Below are positions 46,401 to 58,384 of a stretch of 64,000 bases of DNA, one piece after another. The position numbers and the translations under genes are program-made. Origin of the DNA: Eledone cirrhosa. Lineage: Eukaryota. The DNA lies in NCBI GenBank assembly GCA_964016885.1, contig OZ024754.1:11036001-11100000 (forward strand), read 5' to 3'. Position 1 is the stretch's first letter. The number at the start of each line of letters is the position of its first letter. The notes below the pieces were generated by a model that had not been told where the DNA came from, ran no database searches, and saw nothing but the letters and a program-made list of their open reading frames with translations.

Positions 46401-46745
46401 ATTTGTGTATATATGTCAGAAATAGCCCCAATAAACTGGTATGTATGTATATTTGTATATGTGTGAGAACAAGCCCCAATAAACTGGTATGTATATATAT
46501 TTGTATATGTGTGAGAAATAGCCCCAATAAACTGGTTTGTATATATATTTATATATATGTCAGAAATAGTCCCAATAAACTGGTATGTATGTATATTTGT
46601 ATATGTGTGAGAAACAGCCCCAATAAACTGGTATGTATGTATATTTGTATATATGTCAGAAATAGCCCAAATAAACTGGTATGTATGTATATTTGTGTAT
46701 ATATGTGAGAAATAGCCCCAATAAACTGGTATGTATATATATTTG
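43490..46745. repeat. 48-50-bp minisatellite, about 66 units
   Basis: Unit AATATCAGAAATAGCCCCAATAAACTGGTATGTATGTATATTTGTGTAT and variants. Confidence 0.95.
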
Positions 46746-46950
46746 CACAAGACCAGCAATTTTGGAGGAGGGCAAAGTCGATTAAATCCACCCCAGTGCA
46801 TTACTGGTACTTTATTTTATCGACCCCGTAAGGATGAAAGGCAAAGTTAACCTCGGCAGGATTTGAACTCAGACCGCAAAGGGACGTAACTCTATACTAC
46901 AAAGCATGGCGTCCGACCCTCTACTGATACTGCCAATCCACCGCCCTTTC

Positions 46951-46996
<46 letters not shown>

Positions 46997-47094
46997 TGTT
47001 TCTACTTTTTGGCACAAGGCCAGCTATTACCCAGTGCATTACTGGTACTTTATTTTATCGACCCCGTAAGGATGAAAGCAAAGTTAACCTCGGC
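46745..47094 (-). mobile_element. SINE family 1, full plus partial copy separated by (AAT)n
   Basis: Consensus match. Confidence 0.8.
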
Positions 47095-47519
47095 ATATAG
47101 AGGACAATACACTAGACAGGGACAGTGGGGGCTTACATATAAACCAAAAATATATAAATAACAATAACAAAATAACAAGAAAAATACAATGAGAATTCCC
47201 CAATAGGGAGGGGGACCACCCAGGGTTGGTTCAGGTACCCCACTTATCTTGAACCACCCGACTCTTCGAGGGCACCCGGGAAGGGTACCCCTCTCCTCCT
47301 CAAATTCCAGCCTACAGGCGTCTAATAATGACAACCATAATAATGGCAATAATAAAAAAAAAAGAAAGGGAAACAAAAGAAAAAAAGAATAGGAAATATA
47401 GAGAGAAAAAGAGAAAAAGAAAGAAAAAAAGATCGGGAAGGGGAGGGGATGGCAAGAACTCTGGTGTCGCAGAAGAGAGGGTGTGTGAAGGGGAGGGTGA
47501 TTGAGGTTTGGGCCTCGGG

Positions 47520-48186
47520 CAGGCATGTCTAACTGAGGGTCCTCCGAGGGCCGCATGGGTCACATATGTGTTGTCTGAGGGCCACATGGGTCACATATGT
47601 GTTGTCTGAGGGCCACATGGGTCACATGTGTGTTGTCTGAGGGCCGCATGGGTCACATATGTGTTGTCTGAGGGCCACATGGGTCACATGTGTGTTGTCT
47701 GAGGGCCGCATGGGTCACATATGTGTTGTCTGAGGGCCACATGGGTCACATATGTGTTGTCTGAGGGCCACATGGGTCACATATGTGTTGTCTGAGGGCC
47801 ACATGGGTCACATATGTGTTGTCTGAGGGCCGCATGGGTCACATATATATTGTCTGAGGGCCGCATGGGTCACATATGTGTTGTCTGAGGGCCACATGGG
47901 TCACATATGTGTTGTCTGAGGGCCACATGGGTCACATATGTGTTGTCTGAGGGCCGCATGGGTCACATATGTGTTGTCTGAGGGCCGCATGGGTCACATA
48001 TGTGTTGTCTGAGGGCCACATGGGTCACATATGTGTTGTCTGAGGGCCGCACAAGACAATTAATTTTTTTTTATTTTATATTACGAAGATAAAACATGCT
48101 CGCGCTGTAAAAAACCTTTGTGCGGGCCCCAGGTGTGCTTGTAAAGGGCCGCATGCAGCCCGCGGGTCCCATTTTTCACGTGCCTG
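47520..48186. mobile_element. hAT(Charlie)-like MITE with an internal 31-bp minisatellite (about 16 units)
   Basis: Termini CAGGCATG / CGTGCCTG; unit GAGGGCC(A/G)CATGGGTCACATATGTGTTGTCT. Confidence 0.65.
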
Positions 48187-48555
48187 GTCTACGGCATATA
48201 AGTAGAACTGCTGCTCCCCGCGGACAAGACCGCAAAAAAAAAAACATTCCCGCGGACAATGGCCAGCGACTCCCACTACAACAGCTACTCATCCTCGTGG
48301 GGCTCCTTCCTCAGACGGTCCCCCGACGTTCCGATCTTGCGGAGGAGCTTGGCTGCACGGGACCTACCACTCCGGTCCTGTGTCTTTTCTGACACGCCTC
48401 GTATTGTTGTTTGGTGAGAACTGTCATTCACATCACATGACAGTGAGAGAGTAAGAGAGAGAGTGAAATGTTTGCGTGTACAGAGGGAGGAAGGGGGGTT
48501 AAAGTGACAGATGCTAAGTGTAGTGAGAGAAAAAGAGATAGAGTAAGAGTGTGAA

Positions 48556-48606
48556 GTGGTAGTGGTGGTGGTGGTGGTGGTCGTGGTGGTGGTGGTCGTC
48601 GTCGGC

Positions 48607-48641
<35 letters not shown>

Positions 48642-49011
48642 AGACATCGTGGTGGTGGTGGCCGTCGTCGTCGTCGTGGTAGTGGTGGTGGTAGTGGTGG
48701 TGGTGGTGGTGGTGGTAATGGTGGTCGTGGTGGAGGTGGTGGTTGTCGTCTTCATAGTCGTGGTGGTGGTGGTAGTGGTGGTGGCGGTGGTCGTGGTGGA
48801 GGTGGTGGAGGTGGTGGTCGTGGTGGTGGTCGTGGTGGTGGTGGTGGTTGTCGTCTTCATAGTCGTGGTGGTGGTGGTGGTGGTGGTGGCCGTGGTGGTA
48901 GTGGTGGTGGTGGTGATGGTGGTGGTGGTGGTGATGGTGATCGTGGTGGAGGTGGTGGTTGTCGTCTTCATAGTCGTGGTGGTGGTGGTGGTAGTGGTGG
49001 TGGTGGTGGTG

Positions 49012-49067
<56 letters not shown>

Positions 49068-49145
49068 GGTGGCCGTGGTGGTGGTGGTGGTTGTCGTCTT
49101 CATAGTCGTGGTGGTCGTGGTGGTAGTGGTGGTGGTGGTGGTAGT
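48556..49145. repeat. (GGT/GTC)n trinucleotide tract
   Basis: Direct reading. Confidence 0.95.
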
Positions 49146-49349
49146 GCCCTACGAAGATTTCGCGGAAAGGAAACTAAGATAGTTCAACGTCATTCTTCAA
49201 CAAAGAATAAATAGAAGGTTCCATAAAAAATAGAAACTCAAAATGAAAATAAGGTTAAACTGAAAGTGAGAGTAAGGGAAAGAGGAAAAAAGAGTAATGT
49301 AGAATGTATAAGAGAGAGGGAGGTATGATTGACAAGTCGTTCGACTAAC

Positions 49350-49460
49350 ATACCACGCCCATTTCGTAGGGGAATTCCTAACTGAACATGTTGAGACTTG
49401 CTTCTATTCTATGCTAGTGAGTATATAAGTAGCCGAAACAAGAAATAGACTGACAGTTCA
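49350..49460 (+). promoter_or_regulatory. Putative promoter of bZIP copy A: CCACGCCC box, kappaB-like site, TATA box
   Basis: CCACGCCC 49353-49360, GGGGAATTCC 49369-49378 (fits GGGRNWYYCC), TATATAA 49422-49428, Inr-like CAGTT about 30 nt downstream, about 70 nt before the ATG. Confidence 0.55.
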
Positions 49461-49526
49461 ATATCGTTTCTTATTCGAACTACACGCACCATTTCTCTCT
49501 CGCTCTTTTTATACACACATTAAGAA

Positions 49527-49757
49527 ATGGAAGTCGACTATATTTTTGATTCATCAGAACCAATGGAAGAAACTTTTTTCGATTATTTCAACAATAATAA
49601 GTTAGACCCCGATGTGAGGAAAACAGCAGAAATCTCCGCAAAAAACAACAGTACACTTCCGTTGATTAAACTTCAGTTAAAGTTTAAGTTACAGCTTAAA
49701 AGACATCAGAACGGAGAAAGTTTGGAGCTGGAAAGAAAACCTCAACCAAAATACCAG
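49527..49757 (+). CDS. bZIP transcription factor (Fos/ATF3-like), copy A, coding exon 1 of join(49527..49757,50693..50800,51276..51398), 153 aa
   Basis: ATG at 49527, 77 codons ending ...PQPKYQ, followed by donor GTACGT at 49758 (phase 0). Contains PLIKLQLKFKLQLKR, resembling the ATF3-type N-terminal motif. Near-identical inverted copy at 27264-27494. Confidence 0.9.
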
Positions 49758-49772
49758 GTACGTCGTTTTTAT

Positions 49773-49833
<61 letters not shown>

Positions 49834-50159
49834 GGACTCACACACTTTATATACATAACATACATACATGTGTACATACGTATGTACATACATACACACG
49901 TACACAGACAGACGCACACATACATACACACGCACACAGACAGACATATGGCTACATAGAAAAATTCGATGTTATTTAAAAATAATAATAAGGGTGGTGG
50001 ATTGGCAGTAAAGGGTGGTGCAAAAATTGATAAGTGAGCAGGAGGGAGAAGGGATCGATTATTCGAGACCTGATAGTATGTGTATATAGTGTGACGTCCA
50101 AATCTGTATCCTCCACCTAAATTACCCTCCCCTCCGCCTCTTGGTCCCGAGGCGGAGAT

Positions 50160-50690
50160 ATTATTTATTTATTATTTATTTATTTATTTATCGTCTATAT
50201 ATTATTTATTTATTTATTTATTTTTGTATTATTTATTTATTTATTTATTGTTTATATATTATTTATTTATTTATTTATTTTTGTATTATTTATTTATTTA
50301 TTTATTGTCTATATATTATTTATTTATTTATTTATTGTCTATATATTATTTATGTATTTATTTATTTTTGTATTATTTATTTATTGTTTATATATTATTT
50401 ATTTATTTATTTATTGTCTATATATTATTTATTTATTTATTTATTTATTGTCTATATATTATTTATTTATTTATTTATTTATTGTCTATATATTATTTAT
50501 GTATTTATTTATTGTCTATATATTATTTATTTATTTATTTATTGTCTATATATTATTTATTTATTTATTTATTTATTGTCTATATATTATTTATGTATTT
50601 ATTTATTGTCTATATATTATTTATGTATTTATTTATTGTCTATATATTATTTATTTATTTATTGTTTATATATTATTTATTTATTTGTTT
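50160..50690. repeat. TATT-rich minisatellite at the 3' end of intron 1 of bZIP copy A
   Basis: Expansion of TTATTGTCTATATATTATTTAT, which is present only once at the equivalent position of copy B (20716-20750). Confidence 0.9.
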
Positions 50691-50692
50691 AG

Positions 50693-50800
50693 ATGTCTTC
50701 GTTAGAAATAGAACGAAGAAAAGAAATGAAGAACCGCAATAGAATTGCAGCCAAGAAATATCGAGATAAACAAAGGGTGGAGAAGGCTGGAGTCGAAAAG
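50693..50800 (+). CDS. bZIP copy A exon 2, basic DNA-binding region
   Basis: TTTAG acceptor, 108-nt phase 0-0 exon MSSLEIERRKEMKNRNRIAAKKYRDKQRVEKAGVEK with the N-x7-R bZIP signature, GTCAGT donor. A 108-nt basic-region exon is characteristic of Fos/ATF3 genes. Confidence 0.93.
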
Positions 50801-51275
50801 GTCAGTTAATAGAAACGAATTCTGTTAGAAATTATATTTTTAAAATATTTTTAAAACCATGTTTAAAATAGTTAACTTATAGTAGCAACTATACAACCAA
50901 ATATGGAGTTAATACTGTAAAATCTGATAAAGTTTGTGGATATTTTAACTCTTAATGTCGTGTACCACACGAAACCACATTAGCAAATTATTCTTAAAAA
51001 GTACAAAACATCACTACGACTACATCACAGGAAAAACTTAGTTTTTACACTTTATACTGCAACTTTTCACAACAATCTGCCTGATAGTGAACATACTACA
51101 AACATTTGAAATAAGAAACCTGTTTTCACATATTTTCTGCTAAATCTTTACAGAATGGTTAAATTATTACAAATAGGTTAAATCAATTCCAGCTTAAATG
51201 AAGAAAAAGTAAGCATCATATAAAATAATCCATGAGCTTCTACCATTTCTAACATATTTTATTTTAATATTACAG

Positions 51276-51398
51276 ATATTGGAAGAATTGAAGAAAAGAA
51301 ACTTAGAGTTGCAGATGTACCAGCAAGAGTGTATGTTGATAATGGAGAATCTAAAAACTAAAGGAATTCATTTGATTAAAGAGGAACTGCATCCATAA
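51276..51398 (+). CDS. bZIP copy A exon 3, leucine zipper and stop
   Basis: TTACAG acceptor; ILEELKKRNLELQMYQQECMLIMENLKTKGIHLIKEELHP*; heptad d positions V-L-L-C-L-L in register with the basic region; TAA at 51396-51398. Confidence 0.92.
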   Translation: MLEELKKRNLELQMYQQECMLIMENLKTKGIHLIKEELHP

Positions 51399-51829
51399 AG
51401 ATAGCGTGAAGATGAAAGTTGAATATAATATCATATGAGCTTTATTATAAGACATAAATCTAAATGGAAAGTAATTCTAAAGGAATCTAAAGAAAATCTT
51501 TGCCGTGCTTCATTTAATGAAGATATTTTCTGCTAGTTGACAGTGGTACTCTCTTGTTTGAGAGACACGAAAAAGATAACAATCCGGTTGGTAGAATTCA
51601 TATGAATTCTTGAATAATTTCCAATATAGCCCTGCTGCTTGGGTAATTTCTAATTCAAAATCAGAAAATACAGAAAAATAATCTGAGGTTTGAAGGCGTG
51701 GACTAGTGTGGACTAGTGTGGACTAGTGTGAACTAGATGGATTACCTGATTATTGGTTGACAAAATCCAGATCGATTTGCGTTATTACATTTGATGCCAT
51801 GAAATCAATGCATATCTATGATAACGGAT

Positions 51830-52247
51830 GACATTTAAACCAAGTTCTACAGTCGTTGAAATTTAAATCAAGCTCTAAAGTTGGAGACATTTAAACCAAG
51901 CTCTACTGTTGGTGACATTTAAACCAAGCTCTACTGTTGGAGACATTTAAACCAAGCTCTACTGTTGGTGACATTTAAACCAAGCTCTACTGTTGGAGAC
52001 ATTTAAACCAAGCTCTACTGTTGGTGACATTTAAACCAAGCTCTACTGTTGGTGACATTTAAACCAAGCTCTACTGTTGGTGACATTTAAACCAAGCTCT
52101 ACTGTTGGAGACATTTAAACCAAGCTCTACTGTTGGTGACATTTAAACCAAGCTCTACTGTTGGTGACATTTAAACCAAGCTCTACAGTTGGAGACATTT
52201 AAATCAAGCTCTACTGTTGGAGACATTTAAATCAAGCTCTACAGTTG
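51830..52247 (+). repeat. 28-bp VNTR in the presumed 3' UTR of bZIP copy A (about 15 units)
   Basis: Unit TTGG(T/A)GACATTTAAACCAAGCTCTACTG; AATAAA signals follow at about 52316-52366. Confidence 0.9.
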
Positions 52248-52435
52248 TTGTAGAAAATGAATTGTTATATCAAACGACAGTTCTATGTTGATGAAATCAT
52301 GAATATTTTATAAAAAATAAAAATAGTTTTTTTTATTACGATTAAATAAAATAATTTTAAAATAAAACTTCATCGTATTTGAGTGTCATTTAATTGTATA
52401 TAAGAAACAGATGATTGCACATGTGTGTATGTATA

Positions 52436-52472
<37 letters not shown>

Positions 52473-52479
<7 letters not shown>

Positions 52480-52935
52480 GTTGATGGAAACCGCGGAGTG
52501 GGGAGACCCAAGATGACCTGGGATGAGGTGATAAAAGCCGACCGTACCCAATTGCACCTCTCAAAGACAATGACACACGACCGTGATTTCTGGCGTCACG
52601 CAGTAATACAGAGTACTCGATCTCCCATGGGTACAAGCTGAAGCATATACACAATATTCCCACACACACCCCACCGCAAGGTGGTCGTGGAGGTGCCACG
52701 GCAAAAAAGCACCCAGCCCACCCTGTAAAGTGGACGTGTAGGCGCCACGAAAAAGCACCCAGCACTCACTGTAAATGAGGTTGGTGTTAGGAAGGGCATC
52801 CAGCTGTAGAAATCAAGCCAAATCAGTTCCTGTATGAGCAAGGCATGGTCAGCCGACCAGACACTGCCCACAACAGGACAACCCGTCTAACCCATGCTAG
52901 CGTGGAAGAACGAACGTAAAACGGTGATGATGATG

Positions 52936-52937
<2 letters not shown>
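52473..52937 (+). mobile_element. RTE-like LINE extreme 3' end with 3' UTR and (GAT)n tail
   Basis: LEVDGNRGVGRPKMTWDEVIKAD...DRDFWRHAV*, then a TTAGGAAGGGCATCCAGC...AACCCATGC tail; a related decayed tail is at 640-830. Confidence 0.75.
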
Positions 52938-52993
<56 letters not shown>

Positions 52994-53422
52994 CGTTAAA
53001 AGAGATCGAAAGTTAAACAAGGCAAAATGGACTGTAAGATGAGGTAACGAAAAGTTACCTTATAACCTTTGTTTTGTTGTTGTTGCTGTTCTTTTTCTGT
53101 CCAATATTTCGGTACCTAAAAATCCCTTCTTCAAGGTTTAAGGAACTTTCAGTGGATAGTCCATTTTGCAATGTTTAGCCTTCTATCTCTTTCAACATCA
53201 TATATTATATACAATGCTTCAAGCAAACTACAACATTTTATATATAGAGAGAGAGAGAGATGGCAACATAAATGGACCTGTTATTTTTCTCTAAAAACAT
53301 TTTTTCCAATTCTAGCCCGCCCGTCCCTTCAATCTAAACTATAATAAAGGAAGGCGGGATTGCGTACGGTTTATTGTTTTTTTTATCCCGTTTGTAAAAT
53401 AAGTTGGATTACTTTGAATAAA

Positions 53423-53612
53423 TAATTGTTTCTACTTTAGGCACAAGGCCAGCAATTATCCAGTGCATTACTGGTACTTTATTTTATCGACCCCCGTAAG
53501 GATGAAAGGCAAAGTCAACCTCGGCGGGATTTGAACTCAGATCGTAAAGGGACGTAACTATGCTGGAAAACATGGCGTCCGACCCTCTACCGATACTGCC
53601 AATCCACCGCCC
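53423..53612 (-). mobile_element. SINE family 1, full length
   Basis: Consensus match. Confidence 0.85.
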
Positions 53613-54100
53613 ACTTACTTTGAATAAATAATGAATGAATATTACATAATTTATCTACTAAATTTCGTGGCTGTTCATTAAATATATTTTGTTTATTTAT
53701 AGATTCATTTCTTTAAAATTTCTGAAATGTCAACACTTCCGGTGGCGATCGCTTAAATAAATATACTAATTTTCCGTCACTAATTTTCTCTTAATGCAGT
53801 TTATATATAATATCCTCTTTTTTTAATGTATCATGGATTACGTTACTGATTACATAAGTCTTCGTTCAATTTCTATGTATTATATATTGTCAATTACGAT
53901 TTTATTTGATGTATCATATCTACATGTATATATACCTTTGTATAATACCAATATACACACTACACATGCTAGCAGAAAACCACCCCAAGGGTGCTTTTTC
54001 TGCTAGTCTATCTAATATCTCATTCTTTGTAGCGTCCGAAACGTTAACCTAATATATTCCTTCCATATACTGTACCGATTGTGTTGTTATTTCTGTTTGC

Positions 54101-54193
<93 letters not shown>

Positions 54194-54811
54194 CAGGGGC
54201 GGTGGAACCCATTCAGACTATGAAAGGTAAAAGAGAAGAAAATGATTTCATAACTTTATAATTACTGATGGAACTTGCCGAAAACTTGCGTGTTTATTAC
54301 TTGCTAAGAAAACGACCATTGAACCAACAATGCAATAAATCTTGCATTAGAAACTTAGTGTTAACTCATTTTCTTGCTGAATTATCAAAACAAATATCAA
54401 AAAGCTCACCTCATCGATGTGATACCAAATACTTCTCCATTGTACGAACAATGAACACAAATCATCGTTGTAATATTATTTCTACATACATAGTTCATTT
54501 CTTTTTTTTTTTTATTTAGAATGGTGTATACGGCAGAAACTTCTCCGTTGTGTACACAGATGAAAACAGACAAAAAAATGCAGCATGGCTACTACCAACA
54601 AATGTTAAAGTAAATATTTTGCATATTTTTGGCATAGGATTCAAAAAGTTTGTTCTGTGACGGCGATGAATTTGTTTTGCAAGGTTTTTTCTATGAAATC
54701 ATGTAAAAACAAAAAAAGGATCGATCGACTTTCGTCAAATCGAACCGAGGAAACAATGTTTCCGTTGGTCTTTCCAGTTGCTATTACTATCTATTGGTTG
54801 CAACTCCAGGT

Positions 54812-54935
54812 AGAAGGAGTAACGTGAAATAAAGTGTCTTGCTCAAGGACATAACGCAGCGCCCGGTCCAGAAATCGAACTCACAACTTCAAGATTGTGA
54901 ATCCAATTCTCTAACCACTCAGCCACATGCCTTCA
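54812..54935 (-). mobile_element. Third tRNA-derived SINE (CORE-like body)
   Basis: TGGCTGAGTGG A-box, GAGTTCGATT B-box, GTCCTTGAGCAAGACACTTTA; related copy at 61760-61870 (+). Confidence 0.65.
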
Positions 54936-55651
54936 TGATGTTGAAACAAAAATTGTTATATTTGGGTAGGGTTGATGTTGTTATAATATTGCCAGAAATA
55001 TATAGTAAAACACTCACTGTTTGGTTTGGGTTGGTTTTCGCTTCAGTATATTTTATATTTCTATAATTAATTCAGCTGGCAATCAATGTTTATCATTGAT
55101 TAACCAACAGTTAAAAATATAAATATAAATATAATTTCTCAAAGTTCTTTCGTCACACACCTGTGACATTAACATGTTATCTCCCGTTGTATTGCTGTAA
55201 TGTAGCAATGTTTTACTACCAGACAGCAAACCCAAATAAAAAATATTGAAGATGAAGTGAAATAACTGTATGCTAGACACACTGACTTCTTTTAGGTAAG
55301 TCTGGGTCATTCCATATCCCTGCCATACACGTACAATGTATGTACGTATATACACCAATACACCTACACACATTCCCCTTGGCTTCAATGTCTGACTAGT
55401 CTATCTCTCTGAGTTTGATTGTTTGTTACTGTCACGTTAAAACATTACATTCAGCTAAGTGAGTATTGTGGCTAGACGTGTTATCTAGTCGGTATTCAAA
55501 TCCAAAATAATTCAGAGCACTTTTGCAGGGATCGCTAAGCCAAAGATTGAAACCTGTTGGCGGGCTGGACAAAAATTTATATAATATACACCTAAGACCT
55601 GCAGAGATGTGATCGGTTGTACAGTGAAAGAATGCAGTAGGATTAATTATA

Positions 55652-56845
55652 ATAATTGTTTCTACTTTTGGCACAAGGCCAGCAATTATCCCAATGTGTT
55701 ACTGGTACTTTATTTTATCGACCCCGTAAGGATGAAAGGCAAAGTTAACCTCGGCGGGATTTGAACTCAGATTATAAAGGGCCGTAACGCTTTGCTGCAA
55801 AGTATGGCGTCCGACCCTCTACCGATACTGCCAATCCACCGCCCTTAAGTATAATTGTTTCTACTGTTGGCACAAGGCCAGCAATTACCCAGTGTATTAC
55901 TGGTACTTTATTTTTATCGACCCCGTAAGGATGAAAGGCAAAGTTAACCTCGGCGGGATTTGAACTCAGATTATAAAGGGCCGTAACGCTTTGCTGCAAA
56001 GTATGGCGTCCGACCCTCTACCGATACTGCCAATCCACCGCCCTTAAGTATAATTGTTTCTACTTTTGGCACAAGGCCAGCAATTACCCAGTGTATTACT
56101 GGTACTTTATTTTTATCGACCCCGTAAGGATGAAAGGCAAAGTTAACCTCGGCGGGATTTGAACTCAGATTATAAAGGGCCGTAACGCTTTGCTGCAAAG
56201 TATGGCGTCCGACCCTCTACCGATACTGCCAATCCACCGCCCTTAAGTATAATTGTTTCTACTTTTGGCACAAGGCCAGCAATTACCCAGTGTATTACTG
56301 GTACTTTATTTTTATCGACCCCGTAAGGATGAAAGGCAAAGTTAACCTCGGCGGGATTTGAACTCAGATTATAAAGGGCCGTAACGCTTTGCTGCAAAGT
56401 ATGGCGTCCGACCCTCTACCGATACTGCCAATCCACCGCCCTTAAGTATAATTGTTTCTACTGTTGGCACAAGGCCAGCAATTACCCAGTGTATTACTGG
56501 TACTTTATTTTTATCGACCCCGTAAGGATGAAAGGCAAAGTTAACCTCGGCGGGATTTGAACTCAGATTATAAAGGGCCGTAACGCTTTGCTGCAAAGTA
56601 TGGCGTCCGACCCTCTACCGATACTGCCAATCCACCGCCCTTAAGTATAATTGTTTCTACTTTTGGCACAAGGCCAGCAATTACCCAGTGTATTACTGGT
56701 ACTTTATTTTTATCGACCCCGTAAGGATGAAAGGCAAAGTTAACCTCGGCGGGATTTGAACTCAGAATGGCAAGGGCCGTAACTCTATGCGTCAAAGCAT
56801 GGCGTCCGACCCTCTACCGATACTGCCAATCCACCGCCCTTAAGT
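55652..56845 (-). repeat. Head-to-tail array of six 199-bp SINE family 1 units
   Basis: ORF track shows near-identical 75-aa translations every 199 nt; each unit keeps its A and B boxes. Confidence 0.92.
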
Positions 56846-56874
56846 ATAATAATAAAGGATTAATTATAATAATG

Positions 56875-57113
56875 CAGGGGCGGTGGAAGCATTTCTGAAT
56901 TAGGGGGTGGTCAAATTTGGACAATTTAGTTGTTGTGATTAGTTTAGCTCTTTGCACTCTAAAATGGTAAGAAAATTTCGATATGCGATAAACATAACAT
57001 GTCCATAAATTGTAGCGCATATCCAAAAAGTTGTATTTTTGGTAGTTTGGGAAGAAAATATAATTATTGGGGCGAAGGGGGACATGCCCCGTCCCCCACT
57101 TCCACTGTCACTG
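56875..57113. mobile_element. hAT-like MITE
   Basis: Termini CAGGGGCGGTGGAAG / CTTCCACTGTCACTG; decayed relatives at 16497-16640, 24935-25150 and 54194-54215. Confidence 0.6.
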
Positions 57114-57501
57114 TATATATATATAATTTAAAAACAATGCTCTGTGTCCTTTCCTAGGGGGCTAATATGTCGAGCTTCTTCGCATTTGGTAAGAAACTGG
57201 CATTACACTCAATTTATACAACTCCTATATATATAGGAACAAGTATGACTCCGACGGCGGAGCTCAAGCCGTTTCGACGGGGACATACTTGTTCCTATTA
57301 CCCACTCTACTACCCTAAGTATTGAGTACTTTGGTGCGTTATGGTCCATCTGGTTCCTTACCACAATTCCTTCGTTATATATATAGTATAAAAGAGAAAA
57401 CACAGGTAAGCATTAAGAGAAGGATTTTATCCAGGTATTTACGACCGTTTCATTGGTAAGTGCAACCTTATATTGCTATACTGCAAATAGCAGCCACTCT
57501 T

Positions 57502-57613
<112 letters not shown>

Positions 57614-57622
57614 ATATAGATG

Positions 57623-57673
57623 AGATTCTACAGGACTAGAACTGTTTCATTCTTTAGAAATCATCAGGAATCT
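57623..57673 (-). ncRNA. Type I hammerhead ribozyme
   Basis: AGATTC-CTGATGA-TTTCT AA AGAAT-GAAA-CAG TTCTAGTC CTG TA/GAATCT; all three helices pair. Confidence 0.8.
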
Positions 57674-58384
57674 GGGTATCAAAAAATAAATATGGTATTT
57701 ATAGGTCTCTTCAGGTGGTAGGAGAGGGTAGGGAGTGGGATGGGTGTAGGTCATTGGTTGATAGAAAAGAGAATTCATTAAAAGCTAATTCTTCAAAGCT
57801 ATAGTTTATATTTAGAGTAACAAAGGCAGAAAGAATTCTATAAACTAGTTCAGGATGGGGTGCCACTCCTTATTTTTAAGTTTCTCTTAAGCTAACGATG
57901 CCTAGATTTCAGGTGTCTATAAGATCATTGGGGGTCAGTCATGATTGATGGATTTAAAGAAAAGGGAAAATCTTTAAAAGCTAATTCTTTAAGGTTCTAC
58001 TTAGTGACAAAGGCCTAGAGAGTTCTATAGACCAGTTCAAAATATTGAGTGCATTATCTTCAAATTTCTCTTAAACTATTTCTCTTAAACTATTAAATTT
58101 CTCTTAAACTATTAAACTATATTCCAAAAGTCAACAGACACACTCACTCACACACACGCGCGCACCCACATACACCCACACATACATATATATATATAAA
58201 AACTATGTAGTTTAGAAAGCCACAACAATGCAGCTGGGAAATCTCGAGGTAGGAAGTGAGAAATAGGAGAAAAGTGAAAATTGAGAGAAACGAAAAAACG
58301 AATTTCCCTATAACGGCATTCCTATGTTTTAACGACATTACAACTTTCTCCGGCTTAGCCTGTGTCCCCCCCCCCCCTCCTCCA

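Noticed and set aside
43490-46745. CRISPR-like look of a constant motif with variable intervening sequence
   Set aside because: The intervening parts are near-identical rather than unique spacers; eukaryotic context, no cas genes.
48259-48418. GC-rich 52-codon ORF (MASDSHYNSY...) upstream of bZIP copy A
   Set aside because: No recognisable domain or splice support; likely a TE fragment.
48285-49182. Mucin-like poly-Thr ORF
   Set aside because: (GGT)n microsatellite with no signal peptide or splice evidence.
55772-56795. Five repeated 75-aa ORFs
   Set aside because: By-product of the 199-bp SINE tandem array.
57233-57298. Hairpin with a hammerhead 3' half (GAAACGGC..GCCGTC)
   Set aside because: CUGANGA core and helix II are missing; at best a deleted relic.
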